The notes: generated from the letters alone by a model not told the origin. A DNA stretch of 60,934 nt, filler included, from Candidatus Omnitrophota bacterium (GCA_015233495.1; 4 parts of 4 records of this genome joined end to end with filler, not necessarily neighbours in it); one strand, 5' to 3'; shown: positions 20,734 to 30,944, counted from the whole stretch's first letter. A program made the numbers and translations.

Positions 20734-21039
20734 AAACGCTTAAAGTCCGATATAAATATCGCAGCGCGCTTTCGGTTTCTAAAGCGCTTTCCGCTGAAGA
20801 TCTGCGGCTGACCCAATCGGCCATCGACAGAATAATTTTCGGATGTCTCAGGGAGCAAATCGGCATGCGACGACCGGTTATTTTGGAAGATTCTAGAATT
20901 GGATTTAGGCATTGATTCCTTAGGCAGGATCGAGTTGACTTTGTGTCTCGAATTAGCGTTGGGCGCGTCCAATAGTTATGACGCGATAGGGATAGCCGCG
21001 CGCCAAGCGCTGGTGGAATTGCGCCTAAAGAAGGACTAA
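20727..21039 (+). pseudogene. Frameshifted acyl-carrier-protein domain remnant
   Basis: Frame 1 MLKTL...VILEDS continues in another frame from ~20893 as LELDLGIDSLGRIELTLCLE...KKD*, containing the Ppant motif DLGIDSL. Confidence 0.7.
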
Positions 21040-21041
21040 GC

Positions 21042-24000
21042 ATGAAAATACTCATGATGACTAACACCTACGCTCCGATGGTGGGAGGAATTGAAGAATC
21101 GATCCGTTCTTTCACTTCGGAATTTGAAAGACTGGGGCATGAAGTGGTGATTGTCGCCCCGCAATGCGCTGACGCGCCGCCGGATGAAGTGGGGGTGGTC
21201 CGACTGCGGGCGATTCAACATTTCAATCATTCGGATTTTTCCATGGCCCTTCCCATGTCGAGTTTGCTGCCGGAATTGATGAAGACCTTTATGCCGGATA
21301 TTGTGCACAGCCACCATCCGTTTTGGATGGGAGACATCGCTCTGCGCTTATGCAGTCAAAATCGCATTCCTTTGGTTTTTACCTATCACACAATGTTTGA
21401 GCAGCATATGCATTATCTGCCGATTCAGAACGAGGGGATCAAAAGGTTTATTGTAGAACTGTTTTCCGGCTACGCGAATTTAGCGAATCAGGTGGTGGTG
21501 CCTAGCGCGAGTGTGCGGGCCATTTTATTGGAACGCGGAGTCAAAGCGCCGATGGCGGTAGTTCCGACCGGCGTGGATTTAAACAGATTTGCGCGCGGCG
21601 AAGGCCAGGTGATCCGCCGGCGTTTGGGGATTCCGGACAATGCCGTAGTGATCGGCACAGTCGGGCGTTTGGCGGTGGAAAAAAATTTGGAATTTTTGAG
21701 CCGTTGTATCGCGGGATACTTAAAAGCGGACAGCCGCGCCCATTTTTTAGTCGCCGGGGAAGGCCCGCTTTTAGCTAAAATGAAAAACATTTTTGGCGAA
21801 GCCGGAGTGCAAAAGCGTTTGCATTGCGCAGGGGTGCTTAAGGATCAAGATCTGGTGGATGGGTATCACGCGATGCAGGTTTTTGCGTTTGCTTCTTTAA
21901 GCGAGACACAGGGAATTGTTTTAACGGAAGCCATGGCCGTCGGAGTGCCGGTGGTGGCGATTGACGCTCCCGGCGTAAGGGAAGTAGTGAAAGACGGATA
22001 TAACGGCAGGCTGCTTTTTGAAGAAAATGAAAAAAATTTTCGCGAAGCGCTCTACTGGTGTCTGAATCAGAGCCCCGGTCAATTTGCGCAGCTGCGCCAA
22101 AATGCCCGGGCAACAACCCGGGAATTCGCGGTCGCTATTTGCGCGCAAAAGATGCTGACGATTTACCAAGAAGTCCGCTCAAAAGAATATACGCCGCTGA
22201 ATCACCAAGAGAGCCCGTGGTTCGCTTTGGGGGATCGGTTGAAAAACGAATGGGATATGTTCAAAAATATGCTGCAAGCCGGCGGCGCGGCCATGTTGGA
22301 TACGGTGATTGTAAAACCCCCCAGTTCGCCGCCCCGGCGGGGGATGTTGGCGTATTTGCCGCGGTTATTATCTCTCAGCGAGTGGTCAGCGCGGCTTTTA
22401 CGGTTGTTGCCGGTCGAAGGGGTGGAAACTCAGCCGGGGCTGGTGTTGATCCAGATCGATGGCCTGTCGCAAAAGCAATTCCAAGCCGGCTTATCGAAAA
22501 ATGAAATGCCGTTTTTAAACAACCTTATAAAAAATAAATATTACCGGCTTTATCCGCATTATCCCGGACTGCCGTCAAGCACCCCGTCCGTTCAAGGAGA
22601 ATTGTTTTATGGCGTTAAACAAATCGTGCCGGCTTTCGCGTTTTTTGATTTCAAATTCCGCAAAATTTTTCGGTTGTATGACAGCGCGGCTGTGATTGAG
22701 ATAGAACGGCGCTTAAGCGGCCGGGGGCCGGGATTATTAGCCGGGGGGAGTTCGTATTCGAATATTTTTTCCGGCGGAGCTGCGGAATCTCATTTTTGCG
22801 CGGCGATCTTGGGCTGGAATCAAATTTGGAAAATGTTTCATCCGTTGAGTTTTCTGGTTTTTTGTTTAACGCATTTGTTGGCATTTTTGCGGATATTATT
22901 TTTGATTGTCTGGGAGATTGTTTTAGGTATTGTCGATTTTGGGCGGGGGATTTTTCAGCCGGGAAATATGCAAAACGAATTGAATTACATCTATCTGCGG
23001 GCTTTGCTTTGTATTTTTTTGCGGGAGTTGGTCATTATCGGCGTAAAGCTGGATATTGCCCGCGGGCTAGAGATTATTCATTTGAATTTTGCCGGATACG
23101 ACGAGCAGGCCCATAACGCCGGTCCATCTTCGACATCGGCGCATTGGGCGTTGCCGGGGATCGATAGGGCCATTGAAAAAATTTATCGCAAGGCGGTTCA
23201 CGCGACGCGGCGCAGTTATGATGTTTGGATTTATTCGGACCATGGTCAGGAAGACACGTTTTCATACACGACGCAATACGGCAGGACAGTCCAAGAAGCG
23301 GTGGCGGAAATTTATAAAAAATTTAACGCGTCGGCTGACGCGGCGCGGTGGGCGGATAAAACGGGTGTGCAGTTGCAGCGGGCCCGGTTTTTGGGCCTCC
23401 CGTTTATTGAATTTTTTTTTAACAGTAAAAAAACTTCGCCGGAATATGCATTGGATAACAAATTAGTTGTCACCGCTATCGGACCGACGGGTAACATCTA
23501 TTTGCCGCAGCCGCTGAGCGGCGAGGAACGGGAACGCTTCGCCCGGGAATTGGTGCGGCAGGCGCATATTCCGCTGGTATTGGCGCCTCATGAAAGCAAC
23601 GCCGCGCGCGTTTGGACTTCGGATGGCGAATATGTTCTTCCGCAAGCTGCCGCGAAAGTTTTAGGAGCGCAGCATCCTTATTTGGCGCAGGTTGCCGAAG
23701 ATATGATCCGCGTCTGTCAACATGCCGATGCCGGGGATTTCACTTTTATGGGATTTCGTCCGGACGCGCCTCAAATGACCTTCCCGCAGGAGAAAGGATC
23801 GCATGCCGGACCCGGCCAGGAAGAAACCAACGCTTTTGCTTTATTACCGATCGATGTTATCAAACTCCCGGCAGAGCGAACGTATTTGACTCCCTTAGAT
23901 TTGCGCAATGCGGCTTTACGGTTTTTGAAACGCCCGGCGGCAATGGAACAGAATGCTTATCCGGAAATTTTTTTCACGCGCGAGAATAAGCCTCACCCGG

Positions 24001-24749
24001 ACTCGGCGGCAAAAACCTACCGCGTCATGACCTATAACGTGCGTTCCTGCGTTGGTTTAGACGGGAAAATTTTCCCCCAACGGATCGCCCGCGTCATCGG
24101 TCGTCATGAGCCGGACATTGTCGCTCTGCAGGAATTGGATTTTCATCGACAACGCACCAAAGGAGAGGACCAGACGCATATCATAGCGAGGCAATTAGAA
24201 ATGATTTATCATTTTCATCCCGTCATCCAGGTTGCGGAAGAACGTTACGGCGACGCGGTATTAAGCCGCTATCCTCTTAAGCTGATCCGGGCCGGACGAT
24301 TTCCCAAGCATATTAATTATCCGCGCGCGGAACCGCGGGGCGCGATTTGGACTGCGGTTAACCTTGATGGGATAAAAATTAATTTTTTCAATACCCATCT
24401 GGGGCTGCTTCCCCGGGAAGGTAGAGAACAGGCCAAGGCATTATTGGGGCAAGAATGGTTATGCCATCCGGTATGCCAGGGGCCGATCATTTTATGCGGC
24501 GATTTCAACGCTTTGCCCAGTTCACAGTTATGCCGTGATATTAAAGGTCCTTTGCGCGACGCTCAGGAAGAGTTGCAAAATTTTTCGCCCGCCCCAACCT
24601 GGTTTGGCCATTATCCGTTTGCGCGCATTGATCACATTTTCATCAGTCCGGAAATTGAAGTGGCGGGTGTGGACGTATCCCGTACGGATTTGGATAAAAT
24701 GGCTTCCGATCATCTGCCGCTTATTGTCGATTTCAAATTAAGAAGCTAA
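21042..24749 (+). CDS. Triple fusion: GT4 glycosyltransferase, alkaline-phosphatase-superfamily domain, endonuclease/exonuclease/phosphatase (EEP) domain
   Basis: GT4 (SETQGIVLTEAMA); IQIDGLS, PSSTPSVQ, YDEQAH, SDHGQ; EEP MTYNV, ALQE, GDFN, IDHIF, SDHLP. Confidence 0.88.
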   Translation: MKILMMTNTYAPMVGGIEESIRSFTSEFERLGHEVVIVAPQCADAPPDEVGVVRLRAIQHFNHSDFSMALPMSSLLPELMKTFMPDIVHSHHPFWMGDIALRLCSQNRIPLVFTYHTMFEQHMHYLPIQNEGIKRFIVELFSGYANLANQVVVPSASVRAILLERGVKAPMAVVPTGVDLNRFARGEGQVIRRRLGIPDNAVVIGTVGRLAVEKNLEFLSRCIAGYLKADSRAHFLVAGEGPLLAKMKNIFGEAGVQKRLHCAGVLKDQDLVDGYHAMQVFAFASLSETQGIVLTEAMAVGVPVVAIDAPGVREVVKDGYNGRLLFEENEKNFREALYWCLNQSPGQFAQLRQNARATTREFAVAICAQKMLTIYQEVRSKEYTPLNHQESPWFALGDRLKNEWDMFKNMLQAGGAAMLDTVIVKPPSSPPRRGMLAYLPRLLSLSEWSARLLRLLPVEGVETQPGLVLIQIDGLSQKQFQAGLSKNEMPFLNNLIKNKYYRLYPHYPGLPSSTPSVQGELFYGVKQIVPAFAFFDFKFRKIFRLYDSAAVIEIERRLSGRGPGLLAGGSSYSNIFSGGAAESHFCAAILGWNQIWKMFHPLSFLVFCLTHLLAFLRILFLIVWEIVLGIVDFGRGIFQPGNMQNELNYIYLRALLCIFLRELVIIGVKLDIARGLEIIHLNFAGYDEQAHNAGPSSTSAHWALPGIDRAIEKIYRKAVHATRRSYDVWIYSDHGQEDTFSYTTQYGRTVQEAVAEIYKKFNASADAARWADKTGVQLQRARFLGLPFIEFFFNSKKTSPEYALDNKLVVTAIGPTGNIYLPQPLSGEERERFARELVRQAHIPLVLAPHESNAARVWTSDGEYVLPQAAAKVLGAQHPYLAQVAEDMIRVCQHADAGDFTFMGFRPDAPQMTFPQEKGSHAGPGQEETNAFALLPIDVIKLPAERTYLTPLDLRNAALRFLKRPAAMEQNAYPEIFFTRENKPHPDSAAKTYRVMTYNVRSCVGLDGKIFPQRIARVIGRHEPDIVALQELDFHRQRTKGEDQTHIIARQLEMIYHFHPVIQVAEERYGDAVLSRYPLKLIRAGRFPKHINYPRAEPRGAIWTAVNLDGIKINFFNTHLGLLPREGREQAKALLGQEWLCHPVCQGPIILCGDFNALPSSQLCRDIKGPLRDAQEELQNFSPAPTWFGHYPFARIDHIFISPEIEVAGVDVSRTDLDKMASDHLPLIVDFKLRS

Positions 24750-25204
24750 AGCGTAGTCAGGGAAACGCGCGGGCTGTTGATAATCGCGTTTTTGATTATT
24801 AGCTTCAAGGCTTATCGTCGCTATTTTTCTTCGGCTGGAAAATAAAGGTGATACCTCGGTACAATTGAATACCCCAGGCTGGGGCATAGAATCAATAGTG
24901 TCAAAAGTTCTATGAGAAAGTAACGAAGGAGCGAAAATATGGAAAATCGATTAACGCTTGATTACGAAGCAGGCACAACCTGCCGTCCCTGTGAGCCGCA
25001 AGATATTCCTTTTGACGCCGAAGCATTAACCAAAGCCGGATATCATTGTGTTGTTTTATGCCAGAAATTGAAGTCGAATGTTTTTTTATCAAAAGCGGGT
25101 TGTTGTTAATGGAAGAGAATAAGCAGACGGGGAGAGCGGAACACCACTCGGTGACTTGTCTTACCAAAATCGTAGTGATCCAAAAGTAGTCCAAAAGGAG
25201 AGAT

Positions 25205-25345
25205 ATGAAATCAAATTTTTTGCTGTTTCTGACGCTGTTCGTCTTCACCACGGTGTTTTGTGGTTGTAATGCGATGCGCGGCGCGGGCAAGGATGTGCAG
25301 AACGCGGGAGGAAGTATTCAAAGAACAGTGGATCATAATAGCTAA
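25205..25345 (+). CDS. Entericidin A/B family lipoprotein (46 aa; not in ORF track)
   Basis: RBS AAGGAG; ...CGCNAMRGAGKDVQNAGGSIQR matches the entericidin pattern C-N-T-x-x-G-x-G-x-D. Confidence 0.88.
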   Translation: MKSNFLLFLTLFVFTTVFCGCNAMRGAGKDVQNAGGSIQRTVDHNS

Positions 25346-25359
25346 AGGAGGGTAATAAA

Positions 25360-25548
25360 ATGTCGTTAATATCATTAGTAGTGGTTTTAGTAATTGTGGG
25401 CGTGCTTCTCTGGTTGATCAACGCGTACATTCCGATGGACGCCAAAATCAAGACAATTCTGAACGTAGTTGTGCTCATTGTTGTTGTCTTATGGCTATTG
25501 CAATCATTTGGACTTATCGGCGATCTTAACGGAGTTCGGATCCGCTGA
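25360..25548 (+). CDS. Small two-TM membrane protein (Thivi_2564-like)
   Basis: VGVLLWLINAYIPMDAKIKTILNVVV; RBS AAGGAGG. Confidence 0.8.
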   Translation: MSLISLVVVLVIVGVLLWLINAYIPMDAKIKTILNVVVLIVVVLWLLQSFGLIGDLNGVRIR

Positions 25549-25599
25549 CGGACCCGCAGGTCTCATAGGGAAAAGAAAGTATAGAGAAGGTAAAGAACT

Positions 25600-27117
25600 A
25601 TGCTCGATCGAAAGCAAAAAAGATTTCGCTTCCGGGTGGTGGTACCGGCATACCCGGCTTTTAATATTTATTCCAACATCGCCGCCATGACAACCTCGCT
25701 CGGTCCGGTTTATGTGGCCACCAATGTGAACAAAATGCCGAATTGGGACGCGGAGGTCATTGATGAAAACAACCTGCGTCTGCACGGGCCCAAAAGTCAA
25801 TCGGGAGGCGCGGATCACGCATTATTGCAGGAAGAGAGACCCGCGGATATCGTGGGATTATACGGGGGCTTAACCAGCACGATTCCGCGGCTTTATTCGG
25901 TCGGCCGTTTTTACAAAGAGCAAGGAGCGATCACTATAGCCGGAGGCCAGCATTTTGTCGGCGATAATATCCGTGACGCGTTAGTCTCCGGAATTGATTA
26001 TATTGTTCTGGGAGAAGGCGAGGAAACAGTGCCGGAGCTTATAGCGGCGATTCAAGGCAAAGGCGACATTGCTCAGGTCAAAGGCATTGCATATCGACAA
26101 GACGGCAAAGTCGTCTCTACGGCATACCGCGAGCCGCTGCGGGATTTTGAAAAACTGCCTTTTCCGGATTTTTCCTTGGTGCGTTATGCCCGGCTTAAGG
26201 TTTATCCGGTTGAGCGTATACGGGGCTGCGGGATGGATTGCGAGTTTTGCACGGTCAAGGGCGAGCCGCGGGCTGCCCCGGCGGGACGCTTGCTCGAGCA
26301 GATTCAGCGATTGGTGGAAACTCGGAATGCCAAACATTTTTTTATTGTCGATGATCTGTTTGGACAATATCGCGCGGAAACCATCGAATTTTGTGAACGG
26401 ATCAAAGTGTATCAAAATCGTATTGGTCAACGGCTCGATTTTACCGCGCAAATTCGGTTGGATAAAGCCCGGGATCGCCAGCTTTTGTTGGCCATGCGCC
26501 AAGCCAACATCAATATGCTTTGCATTGGATTTGAATCGCCGATCGCCGAGGAATTAAAAGCCATGAATAAACATATTCAACCCCAAGAGATGCTTGCCTT
26601 AACGAAAATTTTTCATCAGTTTGGATTTCTCGTGCATGGGATGTTTATTTTTGGTTATCCTTTAGAAACGAGCGGTTCGTTTTCCATGACTGCCCCAGAG
26701 AGAGTCAAACGCTATAAGACATTTATTCGTCAGGCGCGGTTGGACACCATTCAAATATTGCTTCCGGTCCCTTTGCCCGGGACCCAGCTGAGCGAGCGCC
26801 TGCGCCGCGAAAACCGCATTTATGATATCCGGGATGTCGGCTGGGAATATTACGACGGAAATTTTCCGATCTTTGAGCCTGACGCGCCGCTTACCGCGGA
26901 AGAATTGCAAGCCGCGCAGCGAAAATTGATGGCCGGTTTTTATCGTTTCAGTTATGTGTTTCGGATTGGCTTGAATGTCTTGGCTTTTCCCGCCTTGGTC
27001 TTGTTTTTTTATGACCTTCGGCGGGGTTGGCAGCAGTGGTATCGGTCTTGGCGTAATGATTTGATCCGTTTTATCGGATGGAACATTGTGAAGGAATGGA
27101 ACTGGCATTTTAAATGA
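25600..27117 (+). CDS. B12-binding-domain radical SAM protein
   Basis: RGCGMDCEFC CxxxCxxC; GGQH, GEGE, DD.F, IGFES, PLPGT. Confidence 0.9.
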   Translation: MLDRKQKRFRFRVVVPAYPAFNIYSNIAAMTTSLGPVYVATNVNKMPNWDAEVIDENNLRLHGPKSQSGGADHALLQEERPADIVGLYGGLTSTIPRLYSVGRFYKEQGAITIAGGQHFVGDNIRDALVSGIDYIVLGEGEETVPELIAAIQGKGDIAQVKGIAYRQDGKVVSTAYREPLRDFEKLPFPDFSLVRYARLKVYPVERIRGCGMDCEFCTVKGEPRAAPAGRLLEQIQRLVETRNAKHFFIVDDLFGQYRAETIEFCERIKVYQNRIGQRLDFTAQIRLDKARDRQLLLAMRQANINMLCIGFESPIAEELKAMNKHIQPQEMLALTKIFHQFGFLVHGMFIFGYPLETSGSFSMTAPERVKRYKTFIRQARLDTIQILLPVPLPGTQLSERLRRENRIYDIRDVGWEYYDGNFPIFEPDAPLTAEELQAAQRKLMAGFYRFSYVFRIGLNVLAFPALVLFFYDLRRGWQQWYRSWRNDLIRFIGWNIVKEWNWHFK

Positions 27118-27250
27118 GACAGATTTTTAGAGAAATTGCGAATGGCGAAAGTCCATATCGGGAGAATCGGGAGACCTCTTGCGACTAATATGTGAATATG
27201 GCGGGAAGACGAATAATTGTTAACAACGGTTCAGAGAACGGCGGTAAAAA

Positions 27251-27673
27251 ATGCGTAATCGAATTGTGGCGGTCATTGATGATAACAAAAAATATCTTAA
27301 TCGACTGGAGAAAATATTATTGCTGGGAGGTTATGACCCGGTTTTGGTTATGGATCCGGTTTTAGCTGTGGATACAGTTGTCAAGAATCGGCCGGACATT
27401 GTTTTGATGGAATTGAGATTGCCGCGTAAAAACGGTTTTGAAATTGCCGAAGCGATCAACCGCAGTTTTGCGGAGAAGCAATTGCCCATCATCGCGATGT
27501 CCGAATTATTTAAAAGAGAATTGAGTTTTTTTTGGGATCTGTGCGGCATTACCCGACGGATAATAAAACCATTTCAACCTTTGGATGTGATTTGGGCCAT
27601 TGAAAATGAAATGGGAGGAGAAAGAAATGTTCGGCAAGCGTTCAATCGTTTTAATAGTTTTGATGCAGCGTGA
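27251..27673 (+). CDS. Single-domain receiver protein (Glu in place of the phosphoacceptor Asp)
   Basis: VIDDN, PDIVLMELRLP, IAMS, IKPF. Confidence 0.82.
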   Translation: MRNRIVAVIDDNKKYLNRLEKILLLGGYDPVLVMDPVLAVDTVVKNRPDIVLMELRLPRKNGFEIAEAINRSFAEKQLPIIAMSELFKRELSFFWDLCGITRRIIKPFQPLDVIWAIENEMGGERNVRQAFNRFNSFDAA

Positions 27674-27709
27674 AAGCGCGATGATTGATTAAAGGAAGGA
27701 GGATCGCGT

Positions 27710-27898
27710 ATGAAAATTCTGGAAATCGGCAGAGACAATGGGTCAGCGGAGTCCCTGGGGAAACTTTTCGATCGGGAAAGAGGGAACAGCTTTTTAAAGG
27801 AAAGAAATCCGCCCACGAGTCAAAGAGAACCTTGCGACAAATGCGGGTACTTTGATTGCGTTTGTAAACAAAAACGACCAAGATTTTTTAAATTTTAA
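27710..27898 (+). CDS. Small Cys-containing hypothetical protein
   Basis: RBS AGGAGG; CDKCGYFDCVC. Confidence 0.45.
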   Translation: MKILEIGRDNGSAESLGKLFDRERGNSFLKERNPPTSQREPCDKCGYFDCVCKQKRPRFFKF

Positions 27899-27936
27899 AC
27901 AATCGGTTTTTAACCGGCTATTGAAAGGAGAATCAG

Positions 27937-28578
27937 ATGAAAACATATTATTTAACAGGGCTGCTCGCGGTTGGGTTGCTTTTTGCCGCGTCAGCGGCGG
28001 AGGCCGTGAATGTGGCGTCCGGGACGTCGGTAATTTTTCCGACTAACGCCACGATACCGGCGGCAACCGGTGTCAACGTTGTGGCCACTCAAGTCAACGC
28101 GTCTAACAATCAATTCGGGCAAGTCGTGACTTCGTTGAATTTTGACACAGCGGGTTCTTTAACATTTGTTCCGACTACAGGAAATTGGTTATCGCAGCAG
28201 TTTTTCGCGATTGATATCGGGGTTGCCGGCGGCGGCGCGAATGTTGGCGTGGTGACAAAATATACGGAAGGCACTTTGCCCTCCGGACAGACGCATGGCT
28301 TGGGTTACAAGGCTACTGCGGATTTTCGCAAGGTCACGACAGCCGGCGTAACGCAAAGCGAAACCGCTTTGGCCGCGGGGAAAAAAGTCTTGAAAGATGT
28401 GGCAGCGGGAATTACGACCCAACCTGCAGAATTGTCAGGCGGTTTTTTCCGGCTTTACCTCGCTATTTTTGATGGCGCGGACGCTTCCATTAAGGCGGCA
28501 GGAGGGGAAACATTCACCAATGCGGACCGTCCCGGAACATATACCGGCACCTTAACCGTGACCGCGACGTTGTCGTAA
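27937..28578 (+). CDS. Secreted beta-rich protein, possible fimbrial/surface subunit
   Basis: Signal peptide; C-terminal GTYTGTLTVTAT strand. Confidence 0.7.
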   Translation: MKTYYLTGLLAVGLLFAASAAEAVNVASGTSVIFPTNATIPAATGVNVVATQVNASNNQFGQVVTSLNFDTAGSLTFVPTTGNWLSQQFFAIDIGVAGGGANVGVVTKYTEGTLPSGQTHGLGYKATADFRKVTTAGVTQSETALAAGKKVLKDVAAGITTQPAELSGGFFRLYLAIFDGADASIKAAGGETFTNADRPGTYTGTLTVTATLS

Positions 28579-28703
28579 AACTGCCAAGTTGGTCAAAGAG
28601 AATATTGGGATGATTTTTTTAGGGAGGAATCCGGCAAATATTCTCGGTTGGGGAAAAGGAGAATTAAGCGATGTCCAATTTGGACAGCGATCAGGAGAAT
28701 TAT

Positions 28704-29105
28704 ATGTTTAAACAGCGTTTAAAATTTAAAGCAGCTTGGGCTCTGGTTTTGGGTTTGTCATTGTTATGTTCCAGCGCGTACGCGCAGCGAAACGACCGCC
28801 GGGACGATCGCCGGAATGACCGCCAAGAAAATAATCAAAGAGATATGCAGGCGCATAACCAGAGAAACAATCAACAATATCATCGCGGCGAACGGTATCA
28901 TTACCGCGACGGCCGTTGGTATAAACGGGGCTGGTTCGGATGGGAATTTGCCGCTTCCGTTGTCTCTATCGGGGCGCTGATCGAGTCGTTGCCGCCGAAT
29001 CATTCGACGATTGTTGTGCAGGATACGCCCTACTATTACGACGGTCAGAGATATTATCAGCAATTGCCGGATGGCATATATGTTGTAGTTCAGCCGCCGG
29101 GTTAG
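28704..29105 (+). CDS. Secreted low-complexity protein with C-terminal YYY..G.YY...G.YVVV.PP motif
   Basis: Signal peptide, NDRR repeats; RBS AGGAG. Confidence 0.7.
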   Translation: MFKQRLKFKAAWALVLGLSLLCSSAYAQRNDRRDDRRNDRQENNQRDMQAHNQRNNQQYHRGERYHYRDGRWYKRGWFGWEFAASVVSIGALIESLPPNHSTIVVQDTPYYYDGQRYYQQLPDGIYVVVQPPG

Positions 29106-29170
29106 GGGCATGGATTAGCAAGCGCGGATCGTTGCCGACTATACGGCGCGATCATAAACTGGAGGTTAAT

Positions 29171-29605
29171 ATGATAAAGAGATTCGATAAACGGATTTAT
29201 GGTTTTATCTGCGCGGTGTTGGCTTTTCAGCTATCGGGATGCGGCACGATTTTGTATCCAGAACGTAAAGGGCAAAGAGGCGGACGGATTGACATCGGCG
29301 TCGCTGTATTGGACGGGATTGGCTTATTGTTTTTTCTTATCCCGGGAGTCATTGCGTACGCGGTTGATTTTAACAACGGCACGATTTATCTTCCGGGCGG
29401 CAGACTGCGGAGTTCTTTGAGATTAAACAACATCAAAGAGGTTAAATTCGATCCGAAGCACAGTAGTATGGCCGCGATCGAGTCGATTATTAAGAAAGAA
29501 ACAGGATATGATGTCCAAGAGTATCCGGACGCTATGCAAGTGGCGCAACTAAAGTCCGAGAAAGAAATGCTGGCGCGTTTCGCCGCCGTTTCTGTAGAGA
29601 AATAA
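29171..29605 (+). CDS. Conserved hypothetical lipoprotein
   Basis: RBS GGAGG; lipobox LSGC, GTILYPERKGQ, hydrophobic LLFFLIPGVIAYAVDF. Confidence 0.75.
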   Translation: MIKRFDKRIYGFICAVLAFQLSGCGTILYPERKGQRGGRIDIGVAVLDGIGLLFFLIPGVIAYAVDFNNGTIYLPGGRLRSSLRLNNIKEVKFDPKHSSMAAIESIIKKETGYDVQEYPDAMQVAQLKSEKEMLARFAAVSVEK

Positions 29606-29654
29606 GGAACAATCTTACCGCGGGACGCTGCGGGGATCAAGTCAGGAGGGCAGG

Positions 29655-30044
29655 ATGAGAAAAGAATATTTAACTTTTATCGGGGCGGTTTTATTTATTG
29701 GAACAGTTTTAGTATCGCTTGCTTTCGCGCAAGAAATGAATGGCATGATGGGAAAAGACATGGTGAAAAGTGATAAGATGGCTCAAAAGGAAATGATGGG
29801 AAAATGCGCCATGCATGGCCGTATGATGCCAGGAATGATGGCCAAATCCCTAACCGCGACGGCAGATGGTGGCGTGATTGTTTCGGTTGGAAATAAGTTG
29901 ATAAAATATGATAAAGATTTAAACGTTGTCAAAGAAGTTGAAATTAAAATCGACATGGAAGGCCTGCGTAAACACAGGATGGGAATGATGAAAGATTGTC
30001 CCTACGCTGGGGAAGAAAACGAGGAAGCGGAAGACGTTGAATAA
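29655..30044 (+). CDS. Met-rich periplasmic protein, possibly metal-binding
   Basis: Signal peptide; many Met, CAMH, MMKDCP. Confidence 0.7.
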   Translation: MRKEYLTFIGAVLFIGTVLVSLAFAQEMNGMMGKDMVKSDKMAQKEMMGKCAMHGRMMPGMMAKSLTATADGGVIVSVGNKLIKYDKDLNVVKEVEIKIDMEGLRKHRMGMMKDCPYAGEENEEAEDVE

Positions 30045-30062
30045 AATAGGGTAAGAATAGAA

Positions 30063-30144
30063 GACGGAGCCCTTTTTAGTTTGCGAATCAGAGAGCTGTC
30101 CCAATGGAGAGAGCCATATAACGCAAACAAAAAAGGGCTCCGTC
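30063..30144. repeat. 23-bp inverted repeat between convergent genes (REPIN-like or bidirectional terminator)
   Basis: GACGGAGCCCTTTTTAGTTTGCG / CGCAAACAAAAAAGGGCTCCGTC, one mismatch, 36-nt spacer. Confidence 0.8.
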
Positions 30145-30150
30145 GCCTAT

Positions 30151-30844
30151 TTAGCAAATGAAAGTCCGGTTCTTGCCGCTGAATTTAGCTTTGTACATGG
30201 CGCGGTCGGCTTGGGAGATGAGGTCTTGCTTATTATCCGCGTCATTGGGGAAGGCCGCGATCCCGATACTCACCGAAATTTTAACGGTTTCATATAATGA
30301 AAAATCCGTAAACCCGTATTCGGCAATGCGCTGCCGAATCCGTTCGGCAATCGTATAAGCCTGTTCCTTGGTGGTTTGGGGCAAAATCATGGAAAATTCT
30401 TCGCCGCCATAACGGCAGGCGTGGTCCATGGTGCGGGAGGATTCTTTGCAAATCCGCGCCATTTCTTTAAGCACAATGTCGCCGTTTTGATGGCCATAGG
30501 TGTCATTGAGGGTCTTAAAATTATCAATGTCGAGCATGATCAGCGACAGATAGGAATTGTTTTTTCGGGCTTTTTCAATTTCTTCATAGAGCTTATTTTG
30601 AAAATAACCATGATTCCAGAGGGTCGTCAAAGCGTCGGTATGGCTTTTTTGCCGGACCAGCTCATAGAGTTGGGAATTTTCAATCGCTAATCCGGCTTGA
30701 TTGGCCAACATCATAAAAATCCGCAGGTCGGATTCGGTAATATTTTTTTGCGTGAAAATGTTGTCGGCGATGATCAGCCCGTTGACAATGTCTTTTGCCT
30801 TGAGCGGCATAATGATCAGTTCCGTCGTGCGCAGGGTTTGCAGT
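30151..30844 (-). CDS. GAF-GGDEF diguanylate cyclase (5' cut by contig end)
   Basis: TDALT, DIDNFK.LND.YGH..GD, I-site RTMD, RYGGEEF. Confidence 0.93.
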
Positions 30845-30944
30845 NNNNNNNNNNNNNNNNNNNNNNNNNNNNNNNNNNNNNNNNNNNNTTAATTAATTAA
30901 NNNNNNNNNNNNNNNNNNNNNNNNNNNNNNNNNNNNNNNNNNNN
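30845..30944. other. Artificial contig linker
   Basis: N-run with TTAATTAATTAA. Confidence 0.99.

Noticed and set aside
24939..25190. Small Cys-rich ORF(s) after the triple-fusion gene
   Set aside because: An RBS is present, but there are two overlapping short frames with no recognisable family; too weak to call.
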